Assembly (NCBI GenBank): GCA_034189385.1
Contig: JAXHVD010000008.1
Location: forward strand, 32,001 to 96,000
Direction: 5' to 3'
DNA from: Thermodesulfobacteriota bacterium
GTDB lineage: Bacteria; Desulfobacterota; Desulfobacteria; Desulfobacterales; C00003060
Length of the DNA stretch: 64,000 nucleotides
The position numbers and the translations under genes are program-made. Under the pieces are notes generated by a model. The model saw nothing but the letters and a program-made list of their open reading frames with translations, ran no database searches and was not told the origin of the DNA. Below are positions 39,125-49,060 of this stretch, one piece after another. Within the stretch, counting starts at the first letter, position 1, and each line of letters starts with the position of its first letter.

Positions 39125-40855
39125 CTAGCTGAATTGGACCACCTGTTGCAAGTCGTCGTCTGTGAAATCCCATGTCGTGTTGTGGGGGGGTAAAGGCTCT
39201 TTGAAGAAATCAGGGAGCCTGTCGTGGGCCTTGGTAAAACCAGCCCTGTTGTTGAACTCCCGCTCGTTTTTGAGTATGGAAATGCCCAGATTCACCACAT
39301 CGTCCGGTGTAAGCGACAGTCCGTACTGGGCGTTTAACAGGTCCACGATGGTCTGGACCCCGTCTTCCGTGTCCAGCACGGCAAAGGCCACGAAGAGACA
39401 AAGCCCAGTGCTGTCTATGGCAGCGGTGGCGACTTGCAGGTTTTTCGACACGTCCAGATTACCTTCCTTCTTGAGTGGGTCTATGTCGCCGCCAACCTTC
39501 AAGATATTGGGAGCCACGGCATAGCCTGCAGTGTGGTCGGCCCCCATGGCGGAGGTGCAGTAGGTTACGCCTACCCCCTTGACCGACCTGGGGTCATAGG
39601 CTGGAAGCGATTGGCCCTTTACCACGGGAATGCGATCTACGCCAAAGGCCCTTCCGGTGAAGGCAGCGCCATTTCCGATGATCTTTCCAATGGGATCACC
39701 AGAGGCGACCTTTCCAACCAGATCAATGGCTGCCTTGCCGTCTCCCCAGGGGATCAAGCCACCCTCCATGGCCACGGCCAAGGTGCAGCCTGTCTCAATG
39801 GTATCAAGGCCCATGTCATCGCACAGGGCGTCGAGTCTGGCCACATCATCCAATTCCTTGATCGTTGTGTTGGCGCCCAGGGCCCAGATCGTTTCATATT
39901 CAAAGCCCGAGGTCAGGACCTTCCCGTCACTGTCGCAGTACACGTTGGAGCATTGTATGACGCATCCTGGGTGACAACCCTCCTTGGTCTTCCCTCCCCG
40001 GGCTTCTATCAATTGGGCCATATGCTCCCCGCTGATGGCCTGGGCGTGTTCAAAACGACCTGACCTAAAATTCTTGGTGGGAAGGGCGCCGGCCTCATTG
40101 ATGAGGTTCACCAGGACGGCCGTCCCATAGGCCGGCAGGGCTTGGCTCGTGACGGGATGGGATCGCAGGATCTCTGCCCATCGCTTGTTGGCCTTTTTGA
40201 AGGCATCGGCATCGGCAAGGGGGATCCTGCCGGCGCCGGTGTCATCGATAACAATGGCCTTGAGCCTTTTGGACCCCATGACAGCGCCTAAACCGCCCCT
40301 GCCTGCTGCACGGCCGGGCCGGCCGTTGGGGTCGGCAAAATGGATGGATGCTGCTGTCAGGCGTTGTTCCCCTGCAGGGCCAATACTGATGACACCTTGA
40401 CGTTTGCCATATTTTTTCCACAATCGCTTCATGGTTTCCCCATTGCCAAGGCCTACATATTCGTCGGCAGGCAGTATTTCAACACCCTCCTTGCTGATTA
40501 CAAGGAGGGAGAAACCAGCCTCTTCTGGCTTATCCTCCAGAATGATGGCCTTAATGCCGAGTTTTGCCAGTTTTTGAGAAGCAAGCCCGCCGGAGTTGCT
40601 CTCCTTGATGCCCCCGGTCAGGGGGGACTTGGCCCCCACCGAGATCCGCCCTGAATTGGCTGCGGCCGTCCCGGAGAGCAGCCCCGGGGCAATAATCAGT
40701 TTGTTTTCTTTACTTAGGGGGTGACAGGTAGGTGGGACTTCATCTAATATCATTTTCGAAGTTAGGCCCCTGCCACCGAGGCCGGCCAGCTCTTCCCTTG
40801 GCTCTTCAAAGGTGAAGGTCTTCTCCCGCGTATTTATTCTCAGCAATCTGGACAT
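39125..40855 (-). CDS. aor: Aldehyde:ferredoxin oxidoreductase (tungstopterin family)
   Basis: KSPLTGGIKESNSGG, AAGRGGLGAVMGSK, CHPGCVIQC, EYET, CDDMGLDTI, DSTGLCLF. Confidence 0.95.
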   Translation of the reverse strand: MSRLLRINTREKTFTFEEPREELAGLGGRGLTSKMILDEVPPTCHPLSKENKLIIAPGLLSGTAAANSGRISVGAKSPLTGGIKESNSGGLASQKLAKLGIKAIILEDKPEEAGFSLLVISKEGVEILPADEYVGLGNGETMKRLWKKYGKRQGVISIGPAGEQRLTAASIHFADPNGRPGRAAGRGGLGAVMGSKRLKAIVIDDTGAGRIPLADADAFKKANKRWAEILRSHPVTSQALPAYGTAVLVNLINEAGALPTKNFRSGRFEHAQAISGEHMAQLIEARGGKTKEGCHPGCVIQCSNVYCDSDGKVLTSGFEYETIWALGANTTIKELDDVARLDALCDDMGLDTIETGCTLAVAMEGGLIPWGDGKAAIDLVGKVASGDPIGKIIGNGAAFTGRAFGVDRIPVVKGQSLPAYDPRSVKGVGVTYCTSAMGADHTAGYAVAPNILKVGGDIDPLKKEGNLDVSKNLQVATAAIDSTGLCLFVAFAVLDTEDGVQTIVDLLNAQYGLSLTPDDVVNLGISILKNEREFNNRAGFTKAHDRLPDFFKEPLPPHNTTWDFTDDDLQQVVQFS

Positions 40856-41169
40856 GGTCTTCTCCCGTTGGTTTGCGTGATTAAGAAGGCGTCCTCAAGC
40901 TTTATTTGGCAGAAAAAACAGAGAGTAACCTATCAGGAAAGGCGCATTCTGTCAAACGGGAACGGTGTGGCGGGGAGCCGTTTGACTTGGGTCGTGGTTA
41001 TTGCTATTTTGCGAGGTCAACCATGCCTTGGTCGGGCTTTGAGTCCGCAGTGCCGCGGCATGAAACAGTTTCCCATGGGCGGTTCGGCTGTGTAGGGCCC
41101 ATACCCTTGCAGTCCAGATGCATCTGTGCCATGGCAAGGGGCAAAGAGGTGACAGGAGGTTGGGCCGTG

Positions 41170-41778
41170 ATGTTTCATTTTTTCAACAAGGGGGGCATCG
41201 TCATGTATCCTCTCCTTGCCTGTTCTCTCCTTTCCCTTACAGTGATCGTGGAAAGGACGCTTTTCTGGATAGGCAAGGGGAGGGCGACGGACAATCGCTT
41301 GGTCGCTACCGTATTAGAACTGGCGCGCAGACGAGAATACGAGGAGATCAAGAAGAAGACCCGCGGGACTGCCGATTATGTGGTCAAGATCCTTGTCTGC
41401 GGCTTGGTGCATCGGCAATACTCCCTTGCCAAGGCCATGGAGATGGCTGCTACGGAAGAGATCAAACGGATGAAGCAATACCTGTCCGTGCTCGATACCA
41501 TGATTACTGCGGCTCCCCTTTTGGGCATCTTAGGTACGGTCATCGGCATTATCCATTCCTTTGACATGCTTGGGCAGGCTGGGATTCAAGATCCACAGGC
41601 GGTGACTGGAGGAATCGCCCAGGCCCTATTGACAACGGCTGCCGGCCTGTTGATAGCCATCTTCACCCTTTTCCCGTACAACTATTTCATGTCTAAGGTG
41701 GAAGAAGCAGCCCTTCGCATCGAAAAGCATACGACCTCTTTAGAAATTGTACACAAGGGGAATCATCAAGAAAAATGA
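41170..41778 (+). CDS. exbB: ExbB/TolQ/MotA proton-channel protein
   Basis: GGIVMYPL, APLLGILGTVIGII, GIAQALLTTAAGL. Confidence 0.9.
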   Translation: MFHFFNKGGIVMYPLLACSLLSLTVIVERTLFWIGKGRATDNRLVATVLELARRREYEEIKKKTRGTADYVVKILVCGLVHRQYSLAKAMEMAATEEIKRMKQYLSVLDTMITAAPLLGILGTVIGIIHSFDMLGQAGIQDPQAVTGGIAQALLTTAAGLLIAIFTLFPYNYFMSKVEEAALRIEKHTTSLEIVHKGNHQEK

Positions 41779-42185
41779 AGCTTCAGGTGAAACGAAAAGG
41801 CGCCAGGATTGAATTGATTGCCCTCATAGATATCATTTTTCTGCTCCTGGTGTTCTTCACATACTCCATGCTTTCCATGGTCGTTTATCGCGGCATTCCC
41901 GTGGACTTGCCTGCTGCCGAGACCACAGAAGCTGAAAAGGGTGAGGTGGTCAACATCACGATTGACGAGGCTGGACATGTTTTTGTGGACAAGGAGTGGA
42001 CACCCGGTGATGATCTTTTGTCTCGTCTGAAAAGGGAACAGCAAGCCTTTCCGGAGACAAGGGCGATCATTTCGGGCCACCGAGAATCTCCATACAGGGC
42101 CTTTGTAGATGTCCTTGACAAGGTCAGGCTTGCTGGCTTTCAGGCCGTGTCCATGGAAGCAAGGCCGAGGGAAAGGGGCGAGTAA
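41775..42185 (+). CDS. exbD: ExbD/TolR protein
   Basis: LIDIIFLLLVFF, VDLP; ATGA overlap with exbB. Confidence 0.9.
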   Translation: MKLQVKRKGARIELIALIDIIFLLLVFFTYSMLSMVVYRGIPVDLPAAETTEAEKGEVVNITIDEAGHVFVDKEWTPGDDLLSRLKREQQAFPETRAIISGHRESPYRAFVDVLDKVRLAGFQAVSMEARPRERGE

Positions 42186-42223
42186 AGAATCCCTGGACCA
42201 GGGACGTAGGGGTTACATCTCAA

Positions 42224-42419
42224 CGGGCTGTTGCCCAAATCTCTTTTCCCTTGTTCTGAGACGTTTTTTGACAAATCTAAGGCTTGCTCCAGGCGCTTTC
42301 AAAACTCGCCCTTCGGGCCCAAGCAGTTGAAATCGCTTGTCTTGCGCATCGCCAAGATTTGTCGGCAAAAAACGCCCCAACGAACCGGTCAAAGAGATTG
42401 CGGTTTGGGCAACATCCCG
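42224..42419. mobile_element. MITE (196 bp) with target-site duplication
   Basis: TIRs CGGGCTGTTGCCCAAA / TTTGGGCAACATCCCG (one mismatch); TCAA direct repeat on both sides. Confidence 0.75.
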
Positions 42420-42430
42420 TCAATAGAAGA

Positions 42431-43240
42431 ATGAAAAGAGATCTTATCCTCTCGGCCATCATTGCTGCCGGCGTTCACGTGCTGATCTTGATCGCTGTCA
42501 CACCCAAAGGCGGTCTTGTGCATGGGGACACCCATCAGTCGATCCTTTTGTCTATCATACGCCCACCAGAGGTCGTGGCCCCCACCCCTGCTGCGAAGAG
42601 CCCTTCTGGACCTGTGTCAAGACCCCACCTGCCTCCGAAGCAGACGCCTGTGCCAGAGAACGACCCCCTCCCGAAAAAGAAGCTGTCTACCAAAAAACGG
42701 CTGGCCGTCAAGCCGCCTTTCAAAGAGGGTAGGGTTAGGTCAAAGAAGGCTGAAGATGTGAGAAAAGAGGATGTCGTGACACCTGAACCTGTAGAGCATC
42801 TTGCTGAGAAGAACGTCGGGTCCGGCGCTCACGCCATCTTCCCTTCGTCGGACTACAGGGCGCCTGGTCAGGGGAACAAGGGCTATGATGCGTTGCAGAA
42901 AGGGAGGATTGCACCGGCCAAGGGGGCAGGAGGGGGGCTTATCACCTATGCCAATCCCATGTATAAGGCGGGGACCAGCCCAATCTATCCAAGGGTGGCC
43001 CAAAGAAGGGGATACGAGGGCAGGGTGCTCCTTGAGGTCGAGATCCTGGAAACTGGCGAGGTGAAGGAAGTGAGGATTGTGTCATCATCGGATTTTGGGG
43101 TGTTAGACAAGGAGGCCGTGAGATGGGTCAAGACCAACCCTTTCGTGCACGGCCCCAACAGGGAGAAGCGGACCTACCTAGTGCCAGTGATATTCAATTT
43201 AGACGAGGAAAAGGCCCTGGCAAGGGCAAAGGGGAAATAG
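42431..43240 (+). CDS. tonB: TonB energy transducer
   Basis: N-terminal TM with S...H motif (SAIIAAGVH), Pro/Lys-rich spacer, YPRVAQRRGYEGRV, SSDFGVLDKEA. Confidence 0.88.
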   Translation: MKRDLILSAIIAAGVHVLILIAVTPKGGLVHGDTHQSILLSIIRPPEVVAPTPAAKSPSGPVSRPHLPPKQTPVPENDPLPKKKLSTKKRLAVKPPFKEGRVRSKKAEDVRKEDVVTPEPVEHLAEKNVGSGAHAIFPSSDYRAPGQGNKGYDALQKGRIAPAKGAGGGLITYANPMYKAGTSPIYPRVAQRRGYEGRVLLEVEILETGEVKEVRIVSSSDFGVLDKEAVRWVKTNPFVHGPNREKRTYLVPVIFNLDEEKALARAKGK

Positions 43241-43318
43241 CCCGCCTATAGGCCTATCTCCAGTTTTGTTTGAGTGCCCTTGCCTTGGTCAAAAGACGCG
43301 CCCATGCCCCTTTGCTGA

Positions 43319-43963
43319 TCAAGCCAACAAGGAGAGGGCGAAAATGGCCGTGTTGCCCAAGACATGAATGGTAATGGGGACCATGAGATTGTCTGTCATC
43401 TCGTAGGCCAGGGCAAAGACAATGCCGCCCACGATCTGAGTCAAGGGGACCCCGGACTGGATGGCATGAGCCAGAACGAATATGAGGGTGCTCCCCACAA
43501 GGGCCACAACCATTCCCCATCGCCTCAAGAAACCGTAGACAATGCCTCTAAAGAAGATCTCTTCCGCAACCGGGGCCACCAACCCTCCTATTGCGAAGAA
43601 CAGAAGGGTGTCGGCGACGCCAGAAGGCACATGGGTTTTTATAAGGTCCAAAGGGTTTCGGCCGGCCACATAGAGGACACCAAAACCTAAAAGAGCGACT
43701 AGTCCAAAAGCTGCCGACCAGACTAATCCATTCCACAGACCAGGAGCGAGATTTTCTCGATCCAGCCCGATGGATGAGACCCCGCTGCCCCAGATCGAAA
43801 CAATGAGGACAAAAAGGAATATTTCCGCTACCCGTGCCGTTCCAAGAATGGGCATGGGGAGATATGGCGTTTCAGAAGACGCCATACTGATGGCCACTTC
43901 AGTGATCAGCGCGGCAGAAATGCAAAGGAACAGGATTTTTGTTTCGATGGTTTTGGCCGCCAT
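43319..43963 (-). CDS. CPBP (Abi/CAAX) intramembrane glutamic endopeptidase
   Basis: APVAEEIFFRG, FVLAH, HVLGN. Confidence 0.9.
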   Translation of the reverse strand: MAAKTIETKILFLCISAALITEVAISMASSETPYLPMPILGTARVAEIFLFVLIVSIWGSGVSSIGLDRENLAPGLWNGLVWSAAFGLVALLGFGVLYVAGRNPLDLIKTHVPSGVADTLLFFAIGGLVAPVAEEIFFRGIVYGFLRRWGMVVALVGSTLIFVLAHAIQSGVPLTQIVGGIVFALAYEMTDNLMVPITIHVLGNTAIFALSLLA

Positions 43964-44112
43964 GGGACACTGTCGTACCTTATTCGAATAGGGGACACAT
44001 CCCCTCTGAGGCAAAGACCTTGACGAAGACAGGGTCACACATGGAATCGGCCCAGATAGGGATCCCAATGCCGAAGATGGAAAGCCAGGCAGGATTGTTT
44101 AGCGCTACGCCA

Positions 44113-44532
44113 CTATTCCCCACAGCAAGTGTTTGTCTGTGGGGTCCATGTTTTATTCAATAGATTCTTAACGACCCTAGCAAGGGTTTTCAGTGTAAAG
44201 GGTTTGGGTAGGACGTGGTCAAATACACCATTTTTAAGAAGCCAGGGGGTCCCTGAGATGGCTATAATGGGTGTGCGGGGCCTGTCAGATCCACGGATAT
44301 GTCGCGCCACCTCATAGCCATCCATATCGGGCATGAGGATGTCCGTGATGACCAAATCAAAGGCTTCATCACCGAACAGGCGAAGTCCCTCCTGTCCCCT
44401 TGAGGCAGTCTTTGCTTCGTAACCGAACCTTGTGAGCCCCAGTTGAAGGACGTCGGCTACAGAATCCTCGTCGTCAATGACCAATACCTGATGCATGCGT
44501 CGAGACTCCCGAGTGTTTGGCGGTTCTGACAT
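44113..44532 (-). CDS. Stand-alone response regulator receiver protein
   Basis: VLVIDDE, DLVITDILMP, IAISG, LPKPF; start at 44532 or 44496. Confidence 0.88.
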   Translation of the reverse strand: MSEPPNTRESRRMHQVLVIDDEDSVADVLQLGLTRFGYEAKTASRGQEGLRLFGDEAFDLVITDILMPDMDGYEVARHIRGSDRPRTPIIAISGTPWLLKNGVFDHVLPKPFTLKTLARVVKNLLNKTWTPQTNTCCGE

Positions 44533-44570
44533 GCTCTTGAACTCAAAAGAGCCACCTTTACGCAAGCCTA

Positions 44571-44599
44571 TTTATATCATTGCCAAAATAGACTGTCAA
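44571..44599 (-). promoter_or_regulatory. Putative sigma-70 promoter
   Basis: TTGACA-17 bp-TATAAA. Confidence 0.6.
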
Positions 44600-45069
44600 C
44601 TAAATATTGTGCACAAATTTACGCTTAAATACTATATATTGGGTTTTCACCTGAAGCGGAAGAAAAGGTGTGGGATTACCGAGCAACATGGGCCCCCTCT
44701 ACCCAGCCTTGAGTAGAATGGCTTTTAGACTATTTGAAGGGGGGTGTCAAAGAAGATGAGAGTGAATTATTCCGGCCTTGTGAATAATGTATCAGCCATT
44801 TATAACATTCTAATATAGAAACAAAAAAGAGGGATGAGTGGAGGAGCTATTTGAGAATAACGGATTCCGACTGGTCTCTTCTTTTGTGTAATATTACAAC
44901 TGGTTTTTCCCTGTTGGCAACCTGCTGGCCAATCAGGATTTTCCCTGAAACTGCCATTTTCTTTTATTTTCAGAAAAAATCTCGACCCCCTCAAATCCCC
45001 CGACACAGCTCGTTCCTTTTCGTGCAGCAGCCCCTTGCGCCTTAACTGTGGGCCTTCTTTTCCTATTGC

Positions 45070-45945
45070 CTACCGTCCGCTCCATCTCAACTTGGCCTTT
45101 AACATATCGTAGTAGCTCTGGCCGGCTGTTCTGATCACGTGAATGGTGTGTGGGGCCTTGTCTATGACGATCGTGTCCTCGTGCGTGATGCTCAGTCCCA
45201 CTTGGCCGTCAAATGAGACAAAGAGGTTTGAATCTCTGTCTTCGATCTTTATCTTTATGGTCACTGTGTCTGGCAAAATGAGCGGGCGATTGATCAAGGT
45301 AAAGGGACAAATGGGGGTGAGAATAATCGTCTTCAGGGAAGGATGGATAATGGGGCCGCCTGCTGAAAGGGAGTACGCTGTGGAGCCTGTTGGCGTAGCC
45401 ACAACCAGACCGTCTGCCTTGAAGGTGGTTAAATAGTCGTCGTCCACATAGGTGAGGATATGGGCAATCCGCGCAAGTGCCTCTTTGTTTACCACCACGT
45501 CGTTCAGCACGGTTTGGCATGCCACTTGCTCGCCATAGCGGAAGACCTTTGCATCCAACAGGATCCTTTCTTCGGTACTGAAGTGGTCATTGACCACCGT
45601 TTCCATCACAGGGAAGAGACGGTCTACCGGCGTCTCTGTGAGAAACCCAAAGGCCCCGAGATTGATCCCGAGAACGGGAATACCCGTGTCCTGCACCCAC
45701 CGGATGGCGCTCAGGAAGGTTCCATCACCACCTAGAATCACCACGCAAGAAAGATCTGCGTCTGCCTTTGAAATATTCTCTACTAAACCGTGGCGTGAGG
45801 TGATCGGTGCAGGGATGTTCTTCCGGCAAAGGACCTCAATACCTTTTGCCTTCAGCCAGCCTTCTAGTTCGGAAGCCTTCTCAAGGGCCTTTTCTTGATC
45901 CTTGACGACGATGCCTATCCTTTTCATGGATCCCCAATCCGTCAT
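45070..45945 (-). CDS. nadK: NAD kinase
   Basis: GGDGT, GINLGAFGFL, LND, DGLVVATPTGSTAYSLSAGGP. Confidence 0.96.
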   Translation of the reverse strand: MTDWGSMKRIGIVVKDQEKALEKASELEGWLKAKGIEVLCRKNIPAPITSRHGLVENISKADADLSCVVILGGDGTFLSAIRWVQDTGIPVLGINLGAFGFLTETPVDRLFPVMETVVNDHFSTEERILLDAKVFRYGEQVACQTVLNDVVVNKEALARIAHILTYVDDDYLTTFKADGLVVATPTGSTAYSLSAGGPIIHPSLKTIILTPICPFTLINRPLILPDTVTIKIKIEDRDSNLFVSFDGQVGLSITHEDTIVIDKAPHTIHVIRTAGQSYYDMLKAKLRWSGR

Positions 45946-45965
45946 GAAGGTCCCAGATTATCTAG

Positions 45966-46153
45966 TTTCTATCCATAAATGGCCCTTTTCTCCGACTCAG
46001 GCGGATCACTCCGCTGGATCACTCGTGCAATCCGTTGCCGGGGGGCTCCTCTCAATATCTTGATTTGATTGACTTTACGAATCCGCCTACGGCGGACTAA
46101 ATCGAACACGGACACCACCGCCCCCTCCCTTGCCGGGCACTCGCGGTGGGCCA
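45966..46153 (-). mobile_element. MITE copy A (degenerate, inverted relative to 56372-56559)
   Basis: Reverse-complement similarity along its length (CCGCCTACGGCGGACT, AGGCGGATCA, GGCCCTTTTCTCCG); CTAG at the left end. Confidence 0.7.
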
Positions 46154-46262
46154 CTGTCTATCTCATAACAGGCCCGGCCTGTGGGGTCAAACCAAAGGTT
46201 GCGGCTCAAGGGGTTGTCGTGGGAGCAGAAATCCTTTTTCCCATATCGGCAAAGGGGTGAAG

Positions 46263-47252
46263 CTATTCCCATTGTACAAAGGCGCTTGCCCAGGTCAGAC
46301 CCCCTCCGAAGGCAGTGAGTATGACCTTGTTGCCCGATTGTATCTTCCCGGAACGCACGGCCTGGTCCAGGGCCAGCGGTACCGTCGCCGCCGAGCTGTT
46401 TCCGTACAGGTCCACATTGACGAATACTTTCTCTTTGGGGATCTTCAGCCGCTCGGTAAAGGCATGGAGAATCCTCAAGTTGGCTTGATGGGGAATGATG
46501 ACGTCGATCTCTGATACGCTGCACATGTTATGTGCAGCGGCTTCTTCAATGGCTTCGGCAAATCGTTTTACCGCCACCTTGAAGGTCCTGTTGGCATGGG
46601 TGAGTCTAAGAAGATGATCGCCCTTTTCTGCGCTGTCGGGGGTAATGGGGGTCGTGGAGGAACCTCCGCCGGGCAGGAGCAGACTCTCTCCAGCCGTTCC
46701 ATCGGAGTGGATGTGGGTCGACATAAGGGCTGCCCCTTGTTGGGATCTGCTCAAGACTGCAGCCCCGGCCGCATCCGCCCAAAGGATACAACTGGTGCGG
46801 TCTTTCCAGTTCGTGGACCGACTTAGGAGTTCTGCCCCCACGACCAGGGCGGTCTTATATTGACCGCTTTTCATGTATTGCTCAGCGATGGAGAGCCCGA
46901 AGAGAAACCCTGAACAGGCCGCCGTCACGTCGAAACTCACGGCATTCCTAGCGCCCAGCTTGCCTTGGAGCCAGTTTGAGGCAGCTGGACAGCAGGTGTC
47001 CGGCGTGATAGTGGCCATGATAATCAGGTCAAGCTCTTCGGGGGTCATGCCGGCCGCTGCCAGGGCTTTCGTTGAGGCCTCTTCCGCCAGGTCCGACGTA
47101 TTCTTGTCAGGGTCTGCAATGCGACGCTCTCTAATGCCAGTCCGTTGTACAATCCATTCGTCAGTGGTATCTACCATCTTTTCCAAATCATGATTGGTCA
47201 AGATTCTTTCCGGCACACAGGAGCCGGTGCCAACGATCCGAATAGAGGTCAT
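46263..47252 (-). CDS. fabH: 3-oxoacyl-ACP synthase III
   Basis: RTGIRERR, AACSGF, PHQANLRI, YGNSSAA, FGGGLTW. Confidence 0.95.
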   Translation of the reverse strand: MTSIRIVGTGSCVPERILTNHDLEKMVDTTDEWIVQRTGIRERRIADPDKNTSDLAEEASTKALAAAGMTPEELDLIIMATITPDTCCPAASNWLQGKLGARNAVSFDVTAACSGFLFGLSIAEQYMKSGQYKTALVVGAELLSRSTNWKDRTSCILWADAAGAAVLSRSQQGAALMSTHIHSDGTAGESLLLPGGGSSTTPITPDSAEKGDHLLRLTHANRTFKVAVKRFAEAIEEAAAHNMCSVSEIDVIIPHQANLRILHAFTERLKIPKEKVFVNVDLYGNSSAATVPLALDQAVRSGKIQSGNKVILTAFGGGLTWASAFVQWE

Positions 47253-47484
47253 AGCCGATCGTTCTCCTCGTAAGAAGTCTTCTTTATATCTCTTTGTCCT
47301 TGACCAGAGAGTGTATATTATTTATATGCCTGTATGTCAAACGGTTACGGGCCCTTGTTCCAAGGAAACCTTGGCCAAGCCCCCAGGACAGCAGGGCTGG
47401 AGTCTGAGGCAGATAGACGACATGGCTGATGGTCCCAGGGAGAAAAGGCACTGATGGGTAGACAAGAGTGGAAATCTTGACGCA

Positions 47485-48984
47485 ATGAAGAGAGAGCAGT
47501 GGAGAAGCCAACTCGGGTTCCTTCTTGCAGCTGTTGGCTCTGCCATCGGCCTGGGGAACATATGGCGATTTAGCTACATGGCCTATGACAATGGTGGTGG
47601 GGCCTTTCTTATTCCCTATGTAGTTGCCCTCTTGACCGCTGGCATCCCTTTACTCATCCTTGAGTTTGGAATAGGGCACGAGACAATAGGGTCAGCCCCT
47701 CTTGCCTTCGCGAAGCTCAGGAGGAACTGGGAGTGGCTGGGATGGTGGGCTGTGACGCTTGTCATGTTCGGAATAGTCCTTTACTACATTGTCGTGATAG
47801 CGTGGTGTCTCAACTTCTTTTTTCTCTCTTTCAATCTTGGCTGGGGCAATGATCCTAACGCCTATTTTTTTGGCAGTTTTCTTTCAGTGAGCCAGTCGCC
47901 ATCTGAGATTGGCGCCATTAGGCCCTCCATATTCGCTGCCCTTGCGGCCATCTGGTTCTTAAACTGGATCATCGTCTACAGGGGCATACGAAAAGGCATA
48001 GAGCTTGCGAATAAGATATTCATGCCCCTCTTGTTTCTTCTCACAGCTGTCCTTGTCTTTTGGTCCCTGACACTGGACGGGGCCACAGAAGGTCTGAGGG
48101 CCTATCTAACCCCGGATTTTTCCAAATTGGCCAGCCCAAAGGTCTGGATTGATGCCTATAGTCAAATCTTTTTTACTCTCAGCCTTGGCTTTGGTATTAT
48201 GATAGCCTATGCAAGCTATCTGCCGAGGCATGCAAACATCTCAAGAAACGCCGTACTGACGGGCCTGATCAATAGCGGATACTCCCTTTTCGCTGGGGTG
48301 GCAGTATTTGCCGTACTGGGGTTCATGGCCACCTCTCAGGGAAAGCCACTATCTGAGATTGTTTCTCAGAGCATAGGCCTTGCCTTTGTGGCCTATCCTC
48401 AGGCGGTGAGCCTTATTCCCGGCGGGAATTTTTTTGGCGCCATCTTCTTCTTCTGCTTGGTGGTGGCTGGACTGTCTTCATCCATCTCCATCATTGAGGC
48501 CTTTACTTCAGCAATGGTAGACAAGTTCGGTCTGAGAAGAGAGCTCCTTGTAACTGGCGTGTGCATACTGGGGTTCCTGGGCTCTATCGTCTTTACCACC
48601 CAGGCAGGGCTCCTTTGGTTGGACATAGTGGACCATTTTCTTACCCATTACGGGCTGGTAGTGGTGGGCATCCTAGAGTGTATTCTCGTTGGATGGCTAT
48701 TTAGGTTGGAGGTTCTGAGAAAGTATATTAGCAACATCTCTTCCCTCAAACTGGGCCCCTGGTGGGACAGGCTCATAAAGTACTTCGTGCCCCTGGTCCT
48801 CGGGATGGTCCTTATTGTAGATCTGTTTCATGAGTTGAGTAAACCCTATGGTGGATACTCCTGGACATCCCTTTTTTTCATAGGCATTGACTGGGTGTTG
48901 CTCACACTCATTGCTGGCTTCATCATTGCTTCAAGGCCATGGAGGACAGAACAGCACAGGGCATGTGGAAGATCTGAGCAATAG
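47485..48984 (+). CDS. Sodium-dependent transporter, NSS/SNF family
   Basis: GSAIGLGNIWRF, NGGGAFLIPY, QIFFTLSLGFG, GLAFVAYP. Confidence 0.95.
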   Translation: MKREQWRSQLGFLLAAVGSAIGLGNIWRFSYMAYDNGGGAFLIPYVVALLTAGIPLLILEFGIGHETIGSAPLAFAKLRRNWEWLGWWAVTLVMFGIVLYYIVVIAWCLNFFFLSFNLGWGNDPNAYFFGSFLSVSQSPSEIGAIRPSIFAALAAIWFLNWIIVYRGIRKGIELANKIFMPLLFLLTAVLVFWSLTLDGATEGLRAYLTPDFSKLASPKVWIDAYSQIFFTLSLGFGIMIAYASYLPRHANISRNAVLTGLINSGYSLFAGVAVFAVLGFMATSQGKPLSEIVSQSIGLAFVAYPQAVSLIPGGNFFGAIFFFCLVVAGLSSSISIIEAFTSAMVDKFGLRRELLVTGVCILGFLGSIVFTTQAGLLWLDIVDHFLTHYGLVVVGILECILVGWLFRLEVLRKYISNISSLKLGPWWDRLIKYFVPLVLGMVLIVDLFHELSKPYGGYSWTSLFFIGIDWVLLTLIAGFIIASRPWRTEQHRACGRSEQ

Positions 48985-49060
48985 GCGTAGTTTTTCACGG
49001 AGTGAGAAGAATAGACCTTGGCTGCTTCGTATTTTCTTAAGAGACTCCTGGGAAACAACA

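Noticed and set aside
42284..42430. N-terminal extension of TonB in the ORF track
   Set aside because: Translated from MITE sequence; the TM anchor begins at ATG 42431
44600..45060. AT-rich intergenic stretch as an ncRNA or origin
   Set aside because: No tRNA fold, DnaA-box cluster or repeat structure that I could support
45969..46154. Small ORF similar to the start of ORF 56371-56829
   Set aside because: The similarity comes from the shared MITE, not from a protein family
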